From NCBI RefSeq assembly GCF_002571385.2, contig NW_019217865.1:62001-126000 (forward strand): 64,000 nt of DNA, given 5' to 3'. The stretch's first letter is position 1, and the number at the start of each line of letters is the position of its first letter. Made by a program: the position numbers and the translations under genes. Shown here one piece after another: positions 63,058 to 64,000 of this stretch. The DNA comes from Stylophora pistillata (taxonomy: Eukaryota). The notes under the pieces were generated by a model. It did not search any database and was not told the origin of the DNA. It saw only the letters and a list, made by a program, of their open reading frames with translations.

Positions 63058-63470
63058 CTCCATTATGAGCTTGGGAAACACCTTAGCCTTGTTGGGTGGG
63101 TCTACACCTTTAAACTTTCCGATGCGGTTCTGTATGATTCTTCCCTCTCACACTAAACTTTCAATTTCTCCTCTTTTCTACTTTTCAATGCGTTTACATA
63201 GGATAATCTGGTGATCTTTTGCTTTTGACTTTCGGCTTGGTTTTTGCAGTGCGACGGCAAGGCAAACGAACACGGCTTTCAATGATATGTGCTGGGGGCC
63301 TGTTCCATTATTCCAATCATTTATGCGAGATGTAAGTTCCTCTTTAAAATCCCTGCCAATTCGACCATAAGGAACAAGGATACGATCTCGTTGTAAGCGT
63401 TGGTTATAATAGAAGTTGGAACAACAATTGGAACACCATCAGAATCTAAGCTCCAGCTAATTTCGTTCGC
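63058..63470 (-). mobile_element. Degenerate non-LTR retrotransposon fragment, probably CRE-like
   Basis: Minus frame AYNEIV..FLVPYGRIGRDFKEEL...LKAVFVCLAVALQKPSRKSKAKDH...KRIEK*KRGEIESLV*EGRIIQ, with stops. Clade assigned from recall of this motif. Confidence 0.55.
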
Positions 63471-63499
63471 TTTAAGAACAGGATTAAAATCAGGTAAAA

Positions 63500-64000
63500 C
63501 TATTTAAAATATTATTAAAAAAGGTAATTCTTGACTTTGGTCTTAAATGTTCCCAGAGATTCTGCTTCAGTTACGTCTTTAGGTAGTTTATTCCACGGGT
63601 TTACGATTCTGACAAAGAATGAGTACTTGTTACAATTTAATCTCGCTGATTTGACTTTCAATTTGTAACAATGATTAGAGCGGAGAGGACGAAAGGCACT
63701 GGCATAAGTAAATAAAGATGGATTTAGACCACTTAAACTATGAACTGTCTTAAAACATTCCACCTGTGATAGATACTCTCTTCGCTCATCCGTAGAATAT
63801 TCAATCTTTCCTGGTCAGACAGGTCTTTACCATGGGCACACCTGAATGCGCGTCTTTGAACTCTTTCCAGAGCATAAATGTCGTTTCTCAAGTGCGGACT
63901 CCAAACTGGTGCACAATATTCAAGAATAGGACGAACCATAGATTTGTATAGCATGGAAAAGATCTTTAAGTTCTTAGTACCAACATTTCTCTTTAGATAT
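63500..64000 (-). mobile_element. Degenerate CR1-like LINE 3' end
   Basis: LYKSMVRPILEYCAPVWSPH...LERVQRRA and FFVRIVNPWNKLP...SLGTFKTK. Confidence 0.85.

Overview
AT-rich, intron-containing animal genomic DNA with five N-gaps. The repeat repertoire suggests a cnidarian, probably a stony coral (inference). I reconstructed six spliced protein genes and one partial gene by hand from splice sites and codon phase. In order: a steroid-5-alpha-reductase-family gene (-) head-to-head with LAPTM4 (+); a small GNAT acetyltransferase (+) whose large intron holds nested dead LINEs; an ABCB half-transporter with an ABCB9/TAPL-type N-terminal TMD0 (-); myo-inositol oxygenase MIOX (-); CaMKK (+); and the last exon of TANGO2 (-). 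Non-coding DNA is rich in tRNA-derived SINEs, MITEs and LINE relics. It also holds palindromic insertions with long target-site duplications (TSDs) and degenerate hammerhead-ribozyme cores, and a foldback element with a 6-bp TSD. I found no prokaryote-style system (CRISPR, operon). The most notable observations are the hammerhead-bearing palindromic retro-insertions, a GNAT stop codon supplied by a repeat, a possibly myristoylated CaMKK with a shortened RP insert, and a plant-type 5-alpha-reductase.
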